64,000 bases of DNA from Shigella phage JK32: the sequence record MK962753.1; one strand, written 5' to 3'. Below, in pieces: positions 45,774 through 54,582 of this stretch (position 1 is its first letter; the number at the start of each line of letters is the position of its first letter). The translations under genes were made by a program, and so were the position numbers. Under the pieces are notes generated by a model. It worked only from the letters and a program-made list of their open reading frames with translations, made no database searches and was not told where the DNA came from.

Positions 45774-45800
45774 AAAAGGCGGGGAACTAGCCCCGCTTAT
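45774..45800 (-). terminator. Hairpin terminator after rnlA
   Basis: GCGGGG-AACTAG-CCCCGC flanked by A-run and TTATTATT. Confidence 0.55.
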
Positions 45801-45802
45801 TA

Positions 45803-46972
45803 TTACCAATCAATCTTATCAGCCGGAATTAGTTTCTTATAATTCCGTAGATAGTAAGTTTTCATTGAAGCCAGAATACGGTCATAATCAAGACCATCAA
45901 ATGCAATCATCAGACACATGAAAATATATGCTTGTGCATCACCATGTTTACGTGATTCGATAGTCGCATTGGATGCATATGTCTTTCTGTCTTCTCCCGC
46001 GTGTGCGTTATAAAATTCTGTTGCTGTCGTGAAGGCATTGCGAAGAATAGACCTGAATGCTTCCTCGAATAGCTCGATTCGTTCCAGTGCTTCCGGTTCG
46101 CCTTCATATGCAGCACGCAAATCATCGGTTTCACTTTCTACGACATAGTAGATCAGGTTATTAGGAAACATCGATGTGTTTTTAATGTTATGCACACCAA
46201 TATACCATTCACTCTTCACCTTGAACATTTGACCGTCTTTAGTGCGTGCAACAATTCCTTCGATACCTTCTGCGGTCCGAACTTCATCAAGAATATTGCT
46301 AAAACGCGCTGAATCAACCTGTAACGCATTTACCAGATGAGGACGTAGGATTGCATCAGCAAATAGCATTTGATGCGGTACATACTCTCCTGTGACGTTA
46401 TGGCGTACATTCAGAAGTGTTAGCGACGGTTCAGAATATTCTACAACAATTCGGTTGCTGGGTGCTGTATATTCAAAGTTGAAAGTATAATCAGACCCGA
46501 TATCGGCGATCTTAGCGCGTAGATCCGCATACTTCTCTGAATACAGAAGACCGTTTGCTCTCTCCGCTTGGCTTGAGTACAAGGCCGCTTTAGACTTCAA
46601 CTGAACATAGCCGTTATCAATGTATGTGCTTACTAGACTACCGTCCATTTTGTCCATGACCATTTCCACATCTTCCGGCTTAAAGCGAGAGCGTTCATTC
46701 TCACCTAAATTAAAAAACTTCTCCATAGGACGAGATGCAATGCGGACAGGTCGGTCTTTATCATCGATTTCAAACATGATCCCGCGACACTCTAACGCAT
46801 CTGGTTTATTCCACATTTCCGGTTTGCTCAAGTACAAATAACTAAAAATGCGCATACGGGTTTGCATCGCCGTAATTTCATCTTTGTAATAGAACGTATC
46901 AGATCCGTCACATAGTGTCATCAGATTTTTGAACAATGCTAAAACTTTTTTGTTGTTTTCTTTTGTTGACAT
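45803..46972 (-). CDS. rnlA: RNA ligase 1 (gp63)
   Basis: Resembles T4 RnlA (PDALECRGIMFE, VRIASRPMEKFFNL, KxDG-type motif DKMDGSL). Confidence 0.88.
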   Translation of the reverse strand: MSTKENNKKVLALFKNLMTLCDGSDTFYYKDEITAMQTRMRIFSYLYLSKPEMWNKPDALECRGIMFEIDDKDRPVRIASRPMEKFFNLGENERSRFKPEDVEMVMDKMDGSLVSTYIDNGYVQLKSKAALYSSQAERANGLLYSEKYADLRAKIADIGSDYTFNFEYTAPSNRIVVEYSEPSLTLLNVRHNVTGEYVPHQMLFADAILRPHLVNALQVDSARFSNILDEVRTAEGIEGIVARTKDGQMFKVKSEWYIGVHNIKNTSMFPNNLIYYVVESETDDLRAAYEGEPEALERIELFEEAFRSILRNAFTTATEFYNAHAGEDRKTYASNATIESRKHGDAQAYIFMCLMIAFDGLDYDRILASMKTYYLRNYKKLIPADKIDW

Positions 46973-47369
46973 AATTTGTGTTCCATTCTGGTTTAAATTT
47001 GGTGATCAAAACAGGTTCTTCGATATCGGCAGTGCTTATAATATCTTTACCCGTTGGATTCTCTATGTACAACTCAAAGCACTGGCGGTAATAGAATGTT
47101 ACTGTCTTCCCTTCCTCTAGCGCCTTATGAATATTCTTACTCTTGCGAGTATCCGCCGTTGGTGTCTGTCTGTTAATGCTAGTCCGGTAATAGTTGATCC
47201 GCTTTCTGAGATTAACAGTCTGACCAATGTATACCAGTTCATCATCAACCGCAATAGCGTAAAGAACATTTAAACGGTTCTTCTGAGGCGGTAGAATCAC
47301 ATCACCATCTTTACACTCTAAACATGAATATTTAACGAATCCATAGTTTTCTATTAGCTCATTAATCAT
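46908..47369 (-). CDS. GIY-YIG homing-endonuclease-like protein
   Basis: VLYAIAVDDELVYIGQT....R fits the GIY-(10 aa)-YIG spacing plus conserved Arg; overlaps rnlA start. Confidence 0.6.
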   Translation of the reverse strand: MINELIENYGFVKYSCLECKDGDVILPPQKNRLNVLYAIAVDDELVYIGQTVNLRKRINYYRTSINRQTPTADTRKSKNIHKALEEGKTVTFYYRQCFELYIENPTGKDIISTADIEEPVLITKFKPEWNTNYVNKRKQQKSFSIVQKSDDTM

Positions 47370-47391
47370 TATCCTTTCCTCACGTCACAAC

Positions 47392-47412
47392 AAAGGCGGG
47401 ATTTCTCCCGCC
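47392..47412 (-). terminator. Hairpin (minus strand)
   Basis: GGCGGG-ATTTCT-CCCGCC. Confidence 0.45.
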
Positions 47413-47419
47413 CACCTTA

Positions 47420-47818
47420 TTAACTTTCCAGAATATCGCGAGCTTCGTTACGCTCCTTGATGATTTTCAGGACAAATTCCAGTTTTTCTTTGTTCAGTGT
47501 TCCGTTTTCCATTGCTTCTTTGACGGTAAGCACTCCGCCACCTTGCCCGTATACAGTGACAGTGATTTCACCTAACATCGTGGTATGAAAACCGCCAATT
47601 TTCGGTGATTCGAAAGAAACAATCACCTCACGGATAGTATTGCCATCGTTGATTTCTTCCAGCGTAATATCGCTTTTGTAAGCGGTTGCTTTAACCATAC
47701 GGATCAGCATAGTCTGATCTGGGGAGATGGTCATTTTGTCCATTGCATGTTGCAATGCAGCGTAACCGAAAACTTTAACGAAGTCCAGAACGTCTTTGCG
47801 AGTTTGAAATTTAATCAT
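47420..47818 (-). CDS. Hypothetical early protein (132 aa)
   Basis: ORF with RBS AAGGAG downstream of promoter cassette. Confidence 0.55.
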   Translation of the reverse strand: MIKFQTRKDVLDFVKVFGYAALQHAMDKMTISPDQTMLIRMVKATAYKSDITLEEINDGNTIREVIVSFESPKIGGFHTTMLGEITVTVYGQGGGVLTVKEAMENGTLNKEKLEFVLKIIKERNEARDILES

Positions 47819-47854
47819 CTTGATACTCCTTAGTAAGTTAGTTTCGTTTCGATG

Positions 47855-47895
47855 GGGGTATATTACTACCCCCGTTTCAGGCTGTCAACTACTTT
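47855..47895 (-). promoter_or_regulatory. PeSL-like early promoter cassette, copy 10
   Basis: TTGACA-17 nt-TAATAT; palindrome GGGGGTA..TACCCCC overlaps the -10. Confidence 0.6.
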
Positions 47896-48107
47896 TTAAT
47901 GACAAGTTCGAATTTTGCTACCTTACGTCCTCGTTTATTGAAAGCAACCCACGGACGGTTTTCAATGTAGAACAATTCTTCACCAATAATGAATACTGGC
48001 TGATTGTAAAGGCGACCCATCAGGTCACGCTGGCGAATGGTAGTAGATTCGTATACTTCGCCTACTACAAAGTGTTTGCTGATAGAGTCGGTGCAGATAA
48101 ATTTCAT
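47889..48107 (-). CDS. Hypothetical early protein (72 aa)
   Basis: Start at ATG 48107 with RBS AAGGAGA; the ORF-track N-terminal extension (..SKQRRIKMK) would translate the promoter leader. Confidence 0.5.
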   Translation of the reverse strand: MKFICTDSISKHFVVGEVYESTTIRQRDLMGRLYNQPVFIIGEELFYIENRPWVAFNKRGRKVAKFELVIKK

Positions 48108-48129
48108 TTTGATTCTCCTTTGTTTCGAT

Positions 48130-48170
48130 GGGGGTATATTACTACCCCCGCTATTCAGTGTCAACTACTT
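48130..48170 (-). promoter_or_regulatory. PeSL-like early promoter cassette, copy 11
   Basis: Near-identical to copy 10: TTGACA-17 nt-TAATAT with GGGGGTA..TACCCCC. Confidence 0.6.
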
Positions 48171-48171
48171 T

Positions 48172-48390
48172 TTACTTGTTGTATTCATTCCACCATTGGG
48201 TTAGCTTATCAATTATTTTTGTGTTTCTATCCAACTTCTCCCACCGTTTTCGAGGGTTTATCAACCGGAATAGGTAAGGTGTACTTGTTAAGTGAACTCG
48301 GTCAATGTAGTGATTGATGTACTGCTTTTCAATTCTAAGTTTCATCTTTTTACGATGAAAATATGCAATGACTTGTTCTTCTGTTTCCAT
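48172..48390 (-). CDS. Hypothetical early protein (72 aa)
   Basis: ORF with RBS GGAGGA downstream of promoter cassette. Confidence 0.5.
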   Translation of the reverse strand: METEEQVIAYFHRKKMKLRIEKQYINHYIDRVHLTSTPYLFRLINPRKRWEKLDRNTKIIDKLTQWWNEYNK

Positions 48391-48409
48391 ATGTTCCTCC
48401 GTTTCGATG

Positions 48410-48450
48410 TGCGTATTATGCTATGGTAAGATCCGATTGTCAACACCCAA
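48410..48450 (-). promoter_or_regulatory. Early promoter cassette, copy 12
   Basis: TTGACA-17 nt-CATAAT. Confidence 0.55.
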
Positions 48451-48454
48451 TAAC

Positions 48455-48479
48455 AAAAAAGTCGCCACTATGGGCGACT
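48455..48479 (-). terminator. Rho-independent terminator (minus strand)
   Basis: AGTCGCC..GGCGACT hairpin plus U-run on minus transcript. Confidence 0.6.
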
Positions 48480-48490
48480 TTGAACAAACA

Positions 48491-48967
48491 TTAATCATGA
48501 CCGTGATTTGCAATATCCGCTCGCGTCTTGTCTTTGTGATTTCCTACGTCAAAGACACGATAGCCGTTTTCTCTAAGAACTTTAATCACTTCTGGGTTAT
48601 CCTCAAAGACTCCGACAACTTCATCTTTATCAAAGGATTTAATTACCTCTAATTTGATGTGATAGTCTTTACGGGAATCGGTACGGCCTCTCATAAAGAT
48701 TTTATCAAAACACACTCCGTTAGAAATTAACCAATCAATTGTTTCCATGTAAGCATGTGAACTTCGTCCGGTGAGGATGTAAATCAAATGACCGTTGTCA
48801 GAAAGAGCATTGATAACACGAATTACATCGTAAATGGGGGAATCTCCCCCACATGCCTTGTTATATTCGATCCATGACTCGACTTTATCAAGATTTTCGG
48901 TTGGCATCTTTGCTAGTCGATGCGTTGGATCTGTGATCGTAAAATCTAAATCGACAAAATATATCAT
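48491..48967 (-). CDS. HAD-superfamily phosphatase-like protein
   Basis: N-terminal DxDxT motif (FVDLDFTIT) and downstream ILTGRS. Confidence 0.5.
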   Translation of the reverse strand: MIYFVDLDFTITDPTHRLAKMPTENLDKVESWIEYNKACGGDSPIYDVIRVINALSDNGHLIYILTGRSSHAYMETIDWLISNGVCFDKIFMRGRTDSRKDYHIKLEVIKSFDKDEVVGVFEDNPEVIKVLRENGYRVFDVGNHKDKTRADIANHGHD

Positions 48968-50124
48968 AGATATTTCCCGAATCGGTTGTAGTCGTCGTCT
49001 GTTAAATCGGTATTAACCTGAGATACCAGATACATAATCTCTACTTCTTGCGCCGCGTTTTGAACTTCGTCAGAGTTCAACCATTTACGCATCCACGGTA
49101 AAGGATGACGACGAACACTAAACGGGCTTTTCAGTCCGGCAGCACGCATACGGGAATCTGCCAGGTATTCTACATAGGTTTTCAGAATTTCCGGTGACAG
49201 GTTAGGAATTGCCCCCATTGCGAATAGGTGGTCTACCCATTCTTTTTCTTGCTCGACAACATCCAGAAAGATTTTCGTTGCTTCGTCTTCAAGTTCTTCC
49301 GCAATCTGTTTCCACTCATCACCGTCAGCCCCCGTTTGCCATTGACGAATAATGTATTGTGTGCCTTTTAAGTGAAGTTGTTCATCACGCGCAATAAATT
49401 TCATGATCTTCGCGTTACCTTCCAGTAAACCACGTTCGGCAAAGCTGAAAGTACATGCAAAGGACACATAAAAACGGATTGCTTCCAAAGCATTAACGCA
49501 GTGTGCACACAGATAAATCGACGCCATCAGATCTCGTTTTGTATCTTCAAAAAATCTTCTTGCATCATCTAATGCTGTCTGGTCTTCTCGGTCTTCCCAA
49601 TAGCGGAGATCTTCTTTTGCATTCTCATACTTACGAATCCAATAAAGAACATCATCATAATATTGCCCGATAGATTCCGCTCGCTTCATGATAGCAGGGT
49701 TATCGATGATCTGGTCAAACTCACTAGCCGGATCAATGAAACAGTTACGCATAATGTGAGTATAACTGCGGCTATGAATTGTCTCGCTGAATGTCCATGT
49801 TTGCAACCATGTATCGAGAGTCGGATCAGATACAATTGGACCAAATGCTGCGGACGGTGCGCGACCTTGAATAGAATCAAGTAATGTCTGATACTTCAAG
49901 TTTTCTGTAAAGAAACGTTTTTCAACATCGCCCATATTAAGATATTGAATACGGTCGGTTGCAAGTGAAATCTCTTCTGGACGCCAGAAAAATGACAGAG
50001 ATTTTTCAATTAATTCTTCAAATACTTGATGACGCTGAATATCATAGCGAGCGATACCCAACCCACTACCCAGAAACATTGGTTCGTTCATAATATCAAC
50101 ATGTTCGCGGTTAAATACGCTCAT
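48964..50124 (-). CDS. nrdB: Ribonucleotide reductase small subunit NrdB
   Basis: 386 aa; di-iron RNR beta-subunit features; synteny with nrdA. Confidence 0.9.
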   Translation of the reverse strand: MSVFNREHVDIMNEPMFLGSGLGIARYDIQRHQVFEELIEKSLSFFWRPEEISLATDRIQYLNMGDVEKRFFTENLKYQTLLDSIQGRAPSAAFGPIVSDPTLDTWLQTWTFSETIHSRSYTHIMRNCFIDPASEFDQIIDNPAIMKRAESIGQYYDDVLYWIRKYENAKEDLRYWEDREDQTALDDARRFFEDTKRDLMASIYLCAHCVNALEAIRFYVSFACTFSFAERGLLEGNAKIMKFIARDEQLHLKGTQYIIRQWQTGADGDEWKQIAEELEDEATKIFLDVVEQEKEWVDHLFAMGAIPNLSPEILKTYVEYLADSRMRAAGLKSPFSVRRHPLPWMRKWLNSDEVQNAAQEVEIMYLVSQVNTDLTDDDYNRFGKYL

Positions 50125-50139
50125 TAATTCACCTCACTA

Positions 50140-50307
50140 TCACTTTTTAACACAAAAGAACTTAGTATTTCTGTTTATTTCTCTATCCTGTTGCAATTCC
50201 TGCATGGCTTCAAAACAACTTTGATGTGATGAAAACTCTACGCTGGTAACAGTTCCTTTATTATATACCCCGACACTAACGGAAAGCAATAACCATAATG
50301 TAGCCAT
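50140..50307 (-). CDS. Small hydrophobic-N-terminus protein (55 aa), paralogue pair member
   Basis: MATLWLLLSVSV...; TAATG coupling; homologous to 50307..50480. Confidence 0.4.
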   Translation of the reverse strand: MATLWLLLSVSVGVYNKGTVTSVEFSSHQSCFEAMQELQQDREINRNTKFFCVKK

Positions 50308-50480
50308 TAGTTCACCTTCTGCTTTTCAATGCAATACAGATTCATAAAGCGTTTATTGTCTTCGCGGATAATCTCGCGAGCTTTAACGCAATCCTGCTTT
50401 GTTGCAAATTCAATGCTTGACATGTTTCCGTAATTATACATTGAATTGCTTATTGCAATCAATAACCATACAGTAGCCAT
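50307..50480 (-). CDS. Small hydrophobic-N-terminus protein (57 aa), paralogue pair member
   Basis: MATVWLLIAISNS...; TAATG coupling at both ends. Confidence 0.4.
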   Translation of the reverse strand: MATVWLLIAISNSMYNYGNMSSIEFATKQDCVKAREIIREDNKRFMNLYCIEKQKVN

Positions 50481-50647
50481 TATCCGACAACCTCAAAACA
50501 TTTATCATCAGGAAGAATAGCCCATTCTACGCCGTATTCATCCTCAACGTAGTAGCAAGTCCCATCATGTCGAGCATCATATACATCACCGACAACAAAG
50601 CTATCAGCTAGCTCAAAATCTACAGCAACACATTTTAATTTTGCCAT
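50480..50647 (-). CDS. Small hypothetical protein (55 aa)
   Basis: Start at ATG 50647 with RBS GAGGA; the ORF-track upstream extension would translate the promoter. Confidence 0.45.
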   Translation of the reverse strand: MAKLKCVAVDFELADSFVVGDVYDARHDGTCYYVEDEYGVEWAILPDDKCFEVVG

Positions 50648-50674
50648 AATAAAATCCTCATTTGTTTTTGATGG

Positions 50675-50712
50675 TTGTATTATAGCGGGGATTTCTCCCC
50701 GCGTCAACACTT
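50675..50712 (-). promoter_or_regulatory. PeSL-like early promoter cassette, copy 13
   Basis: TTGACG-17 nt (CGGGGAGAAATCCCCGC)-TATAAT. Confidence 0.6.
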
Positions 50713-50715
50713 ATT

Positions 50716-52959
50716 TTACAGTTTGCAAGATGAACATTCGCTAGCGTCTTCCGTACCATCAGCACCATCACGCACGTTAGCGTAATACAGTGTCTTGAGA
50801 CCGTAATATTGAGCAAACAACATATCATCTAATACATCAGCAATATCGACTTTACCAGTCTTATAAGTGCTTGGATCGTAGGATGTATTGGAACTAATCG
50901 CCTGATCTACAAACTTCTGCATGATCGCTGCCAGTGTCAGATAAGGCTTGTTACCTTTCTTGATCAGTGTCCAAAGCAGGTCAATAACATCAGCATTATT
51001 CTCTACGTTCGGAATAACCTGATTAAATTGCCCTTCTTTCGATCCTTTAACCGATACAATCCCGCGAGGCGGTTCAATACCGTTTGTGCTGTTAGACACC
51101 TGAGAAGACGACTCACAAGGCATCAGAGCCGAAAGCGTACTGTTACGAATGCCATATTTTTTCAGGTCTTCGCGCAGTTCTTCCCAATCCATCTCATACA
51201 CCGGATCAACCAGTTCATCTACTGTCTTTTTGTACCAGTCGATAGGCAGTTCACCGCGACCATAACGTGTTTCGTGCATCAGTTCGCAAGCACCCTTCTC
51301 TTTAGCCAGTTGCACACTAGCCTTAATCAGAGCATATTGCAAGCGTTCAAACGTTTTATGCGTAAACTCGTTAGCGTCTTCATATGTGAAGAAATTATCC
51401 GCCAGATACGATGCAAAGTTAGTCACGCCAACACCCAGAGAGCGACGTTTTTTGGCTGTCAGAGCTTGTTCTACAGGATAATCCTGATAATCTAACAGGT
51501 TGTCAAGTGCACGCACCATAACCATAGCAATGCGTTCTACTTCTTCCATGTTTTCGATATCGAAATTACCTAAAACATATGCTGCCAAAGTACATAGGCT
51601 GATCTCTGAATCATCACGCCCCATTGGTTTAGTAGGCAGTGCAATTTCGCAACACAGGTTAGATTGTTTAATCGGTGCTACATTGCGAATAAACGCCCCG
51701 TGATTGTTCATGTTGTCTGTGAATGCTGGATAGATTCGACCAGTGTTAAAACGTTCAATCGCCACCGCTAAAAATAGGTCTTCGGCTTTAACACGAGTTT
51801 TACGAACACTCGGATCTTTTTCCAGTTTTTCGTAAAGCTGGCGGAAACCTTCCTCATCTCGGAAGTACAGATCCCACAACAAGCCACCCGCAACATCTGG
51901 ACTAAACAGAGTAATGTAATCCCGTTTAAGGAATCGCTCTACCATCAGGTTATTAATCTGTACGCCGTAATCAAGATGACGAATGCGGTTATCTTCTACC
52001 CCTTTGTTATTCTTCAACACAATAAGACTTTCAAATTCTAAATGCCACATTGGGTAATAGAGAGTCGCTGCCCCGCCACGAATACCGCCTTGTGAGCATG
52101 ACTTAACGGCAGTCTGAAAATGTTTCCAGAATGGGATAACGCCAGTATGACGAACTTCACCATGCCCGATCTTAGATCCTTCCGCGCGAATCATGCCAGC
52201 GTTGATACCGATACCAGCACGCTTGCTAATATACTTGATGATTGCATTTGCGGTTTCATTAATACCCTGCAATGAATCATCAGATTCGATCACCACACAC
52301 GAACTAAATTGTCGTGTTGGAGTACGCACACCCGCCATAATCGGAGTAGGCAGAGAGATTTGCTTATTCGCAACAGCATTATAAAAATCAATCACATGTT
52401 CAAGTCGATTTTCTGTCTCTTCTTGATGTAAGCACATACCGATCAACATATACGCAAATTGCGGTGTTTCAATGATTTTCTTAGTGCTGCGATCCTGAAC
52501 AAGATATTTCTCTTTTAACTGCATCGCACCCGCATAGGTCATTTTAAAATCAAGTTTATGGTCGATAAATTTCTCCAAATATTCCACTTCTTCACGGGAA
52601 TACTTTTGCAGAATTTCACGATCATATTTTCCGGTTGCAATATTACGCTCAATATGGCTGTAAAAATCACTCGGTTGGAATTGACCGTATACTGATTTAC
52701 GAAGCGCGAACATTGCAAGGTTACTTGCTACATATTGATAATCAGGAGTTTCTACAGTGATGTTATCTGCGGCGACCTTAATCAATACTTTCTGGATATC
52801 ATTGGTAGACATACCTTCTGTCAGAAGTGGTTCAACCATATCAAACAATTCATATGGATCAACGTTATGACCTTCGGCTGCCGCTTCCAAAATTTTCATT
52901 ACTTTTTCTTTTTCAAACGGAACAGTCAGACCGGAAGACTTAACAACATTTTTAATCAT
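50716..52959 (-). CDS. nrdA: Ribonucleotide reductase large subunit NrdA
   Basis: 747 aa; ATP-cone N-terminus, class I RNR alpha features, C-terminal CSSCKL-type tail. Confidence 0.92.
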   Translation of the reverse strand: MIKNVVKSSGLTVPFEKEKVMKILEAAAEGHNVDPYELFDMVEPLLTEGMSTNDIQKVLIKVAADNITVETPDYQYVASNLAMFALRKSVYGQFQPSDFYSHIERNIATGKYDREILQKYSREEVEYLEKFIDHKLDFKMTYAGAMQLKEKYLVQDRSTKKIIETPQFAYMLIGMCLHQEETENRLEHVIDFYNAVANKQISLPTPIMAGVRTPTRQFSSCVVIESDDSLQGINETANAIIKYISKRAGIGINAGMIRAEGSKIGHGEVRHTGVIPFWKHFQTAVKSCSQGGIRGGAATLYYPMWHLEFESLIVLKNNKGVEDNRIRHLDYGVQINNLMVERFLKRDYITLFSPDVAGGLLWDLYFRDEEGFRQLYEKLEKDPSVRKTRVKAEDLFLAVAIERFNTGRIYPAFTDNMNNHGAFIRNVAPIKQSNLCCEIALPTKPMGRDDSEISLCTLAAYVLGNFDIENMEEVERIAMVMVRALDNLLDYQDYPVEQALTAKKRRSLGVGVTNFASYLADNFFTYEDANEFTHKTFERLQYALIKASVQLAKEKGACELMHETRYGRGELPIDWYKKTVDELVDPVYEMDWEELREDLKKYGIRNSTLSALMPCESSSQVSNSTNGIEPPRGIVSVKGSKEGQFNQVIPNVENNADVIDLLWTLIKKGNKPYLTLAAIMQKFVDQAISSNTSYDPSTYKTGKVDIADVLDDMLFAQYYGLKTLYYANVRDGADGTEDASECSSCKL

Positions 52960-53006
52960 ATTACCTCACTTCATATTTTAGCAGGAACAAGTTTATCCTC
53001 CATATT

Positions 53007-53022
53007 GGGGGCTTTCGCCCCC
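53007..53022. other. GC hairpin in the td-nrdA intergenic region
   Basis: GGGGGC-TTTC-GCCCCC; the T-run lies on the + strand side, so orientation relative to minus-strand genes is ambiguous. Confidence 0.35.
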
Positions 53023-53027
53023 TTTGT

Positions 53028-54248
53028 TTATACTGCCATTTGAGCGGTGATCGCTGGATGGCTTTGATAGTTGTGAATTTTAAAGTCTTTCGGAGTCTTT
53101 GTCAATACCTCATCTAAAGACTTAAATTCCGGCAACTCAATTGTTGGTTTATCAAACGGAACACGGTTTAATTGTTCCATAACTTGATCAAAGTGGTTTT
53201 TGTAAATGTGAGTATCTCCACCAGAGAAAATCAGTTCTCCTACCTCAAGATCACACATTTTCGCTATGATGTGGGTTAAAAGTGCATAGCTGGCAACATT
53301 AAAGGGCAAGCCCAAAAAGCTGTCTACGCTTCTCTGAAACCACATACAAGACAGTTTACCTTCATTGACGTAGAATTGCACGAAAGGATGACATACACCT
53401 AACACAGCATTATGTGTTCCTTGTACGTTCCATGAGTCAATAATGATCCGGCGATCCGTTGGATTGTTTTTAATTTGTTCAATCACGTTTTGTAACTGGT
53501 CTTCCCAAATCTTCGGTCGATAGATATATTCTTCATCGTCTTTAGGGCTTGATGTGTCTACGTCCATATTAACAAAGATCGTGGTATCCGGTGCGAACAT
53601 ATCCCCACCCAGATAATCACTATCAAGCAGATAACCGAAATAACCATCATCTACCCATTCCTGGAATCCCCACAAGCAATATGCATCATTAACAAAATTA
53701 GATTGAGTCTTCCAGTGGTCTGCTACCAGAATATAATCAAACTCTTCATAACGCATACCACGCCAGATAGCACATAAACGGTCTTCTGTGTCATTGGTTG
53801 GCGTAAAGTCTTCTACCCACGGGTGCTTAAATGTATGTGTATATTTGCTCTTAACGCGCTTAATTTTGATTTCACCGTGTGGATGAATCGGTTTGCGTCG
53901 CCAAGCCATACCATACATATTGCCGACATTATAACCATTGAATCGCAAAGGATTCTTTTCTTTCATATCAAGACAGTTGCCGCGCCAAATGTCGAAGGCT
54001 TCTTCGTCAAACTTACCGCGTGTAATTTCCTGTAAGCGACGGCGGTCAAGTGATCCCTCCATAAACCATAGCAACTCGCCAATTACAGAGGCTGTAGCCA
54101 TCTTTTTAGTGGTCAGTAAGGGGAAACCCTTGCTTAAATCGATTCGCATCTCTGCGCCGAATTTAGAGAGCGTACCTACCCCCGTGCGGTCTTCACGAGG
54201 CCAGCCATTATCAAGAACATCACGCAACAGTTTCAAATATTCTTTCAT
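53028..54248 (-). CDS. td: Thymidylate synthase with a large in-frame insertion
   Basis: N- and C-terminal parts align with T4 Td (DRTGTGT, catalytic C in GVCHPFVQFYV, RSVDSFLGLPFNVASYALL, PKDF...HP.I...MAV); roughly 125 extra residues between the YG..WR and NDRR motifs. Confidence 0.85.
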   Translation of the reverse strand: MKEYLKLLRDVLDNGWPREDRTGVGTLSKFGAEMRIDLSKGFPLLTTKKMATASVIGELLWFMEGSLDRRRLQEITRGKFDEEAFDIWRGNCLDMKEKNPLRFNGYNVGNMYGMAWRRKPIHPHGEIKIKRVKSKYTHTFKHPWVEDFTPTNDTEDRLCAIWRGMRYEEFDYILVADHWKTQSNFVNDAYCLWGFQEWVDDGYFGYLLDSDYLGGDMFAPDTTIFVNMDVDTSSPKDDEEYIYRPKIWEDQLQNVIEQIKNNPTDRRIIIDSWNVQGTHNAVLGVCHPFVQFYVNEGKLSCMWFQRSVDSFLGLPFNVASYALLTHIIAKMCDLEVGELIFSGGDTHIYKNHFDQVMEQLNRVPFDKPTIELPEFKSLDEVLTKTPKDFKIHNYQSHPAITAQMAV

Positions 54249-54489
54249 CCCACTTCACCTTTTTCTTATTGATTGCTTTCTTACGCAGTTTTGCTACTGT
54301 CTCGTCAATATCGATAAAGACAACGCCCGGATCGAATACAGTAACAGGTCTTGAAATGTCGCTATTTTCCTGTACTGGAAGCCATGACGCTTTAGCTTCA
54401 TCATAGAGATATTGTAAACCGTAATAATCTACGGCTACTGCGTAGTTTTCACTGGTAGCTGACCATAATTGAATAATGGTTATTTTCAT
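54220..54489 (-). CDS. Hypothetical protein (89 aa)
   Basis: Start at ATG 54489, TAATG-coupled to upstream mini-ORF. Confidence 0.45.
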   Translation of the reverse strand: MKITIIQLWSATSENYAVAVDYYGLQYLYDEAKASWLPVQENSDISRPVTVFDPGVVFIDIDETVAKLRKKAINKKKVKWDERIFETVA

Positions 54490-54581
54490 TATTGTTCCCG
54501 TCCGCAATGTAAACACCGACTACCAGCAAACATCAAAGATTCACCACAATGTTTGCACTCATAATCTGTCAGAATTTTCAT
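54489..54581 (-). CDS. Mini zinc-ribbon ORF (30 aa, CxxC...CxxC)
   Basis: ATG with RBS GAAGGTG; two CxxC pairs. Confidence 0.3.
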   Translation of the reverse strand: MKILTDYECKHCGESLMFAGSRCLHCGREQ

Positions 54582-54582
54582 G

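Noticed and set aside
53028-54248. Possible group I intron or intein in td, as known for T4 td
   Set aside because: The reading frame is continuous across the extra segment with no stop codons, and the insert lacks intein boundary residues (no N-terminal Cys/Ser, no C-terminal His-Asn before Cys/Ser/Thr); it is more likely an in-frame protein insertion.
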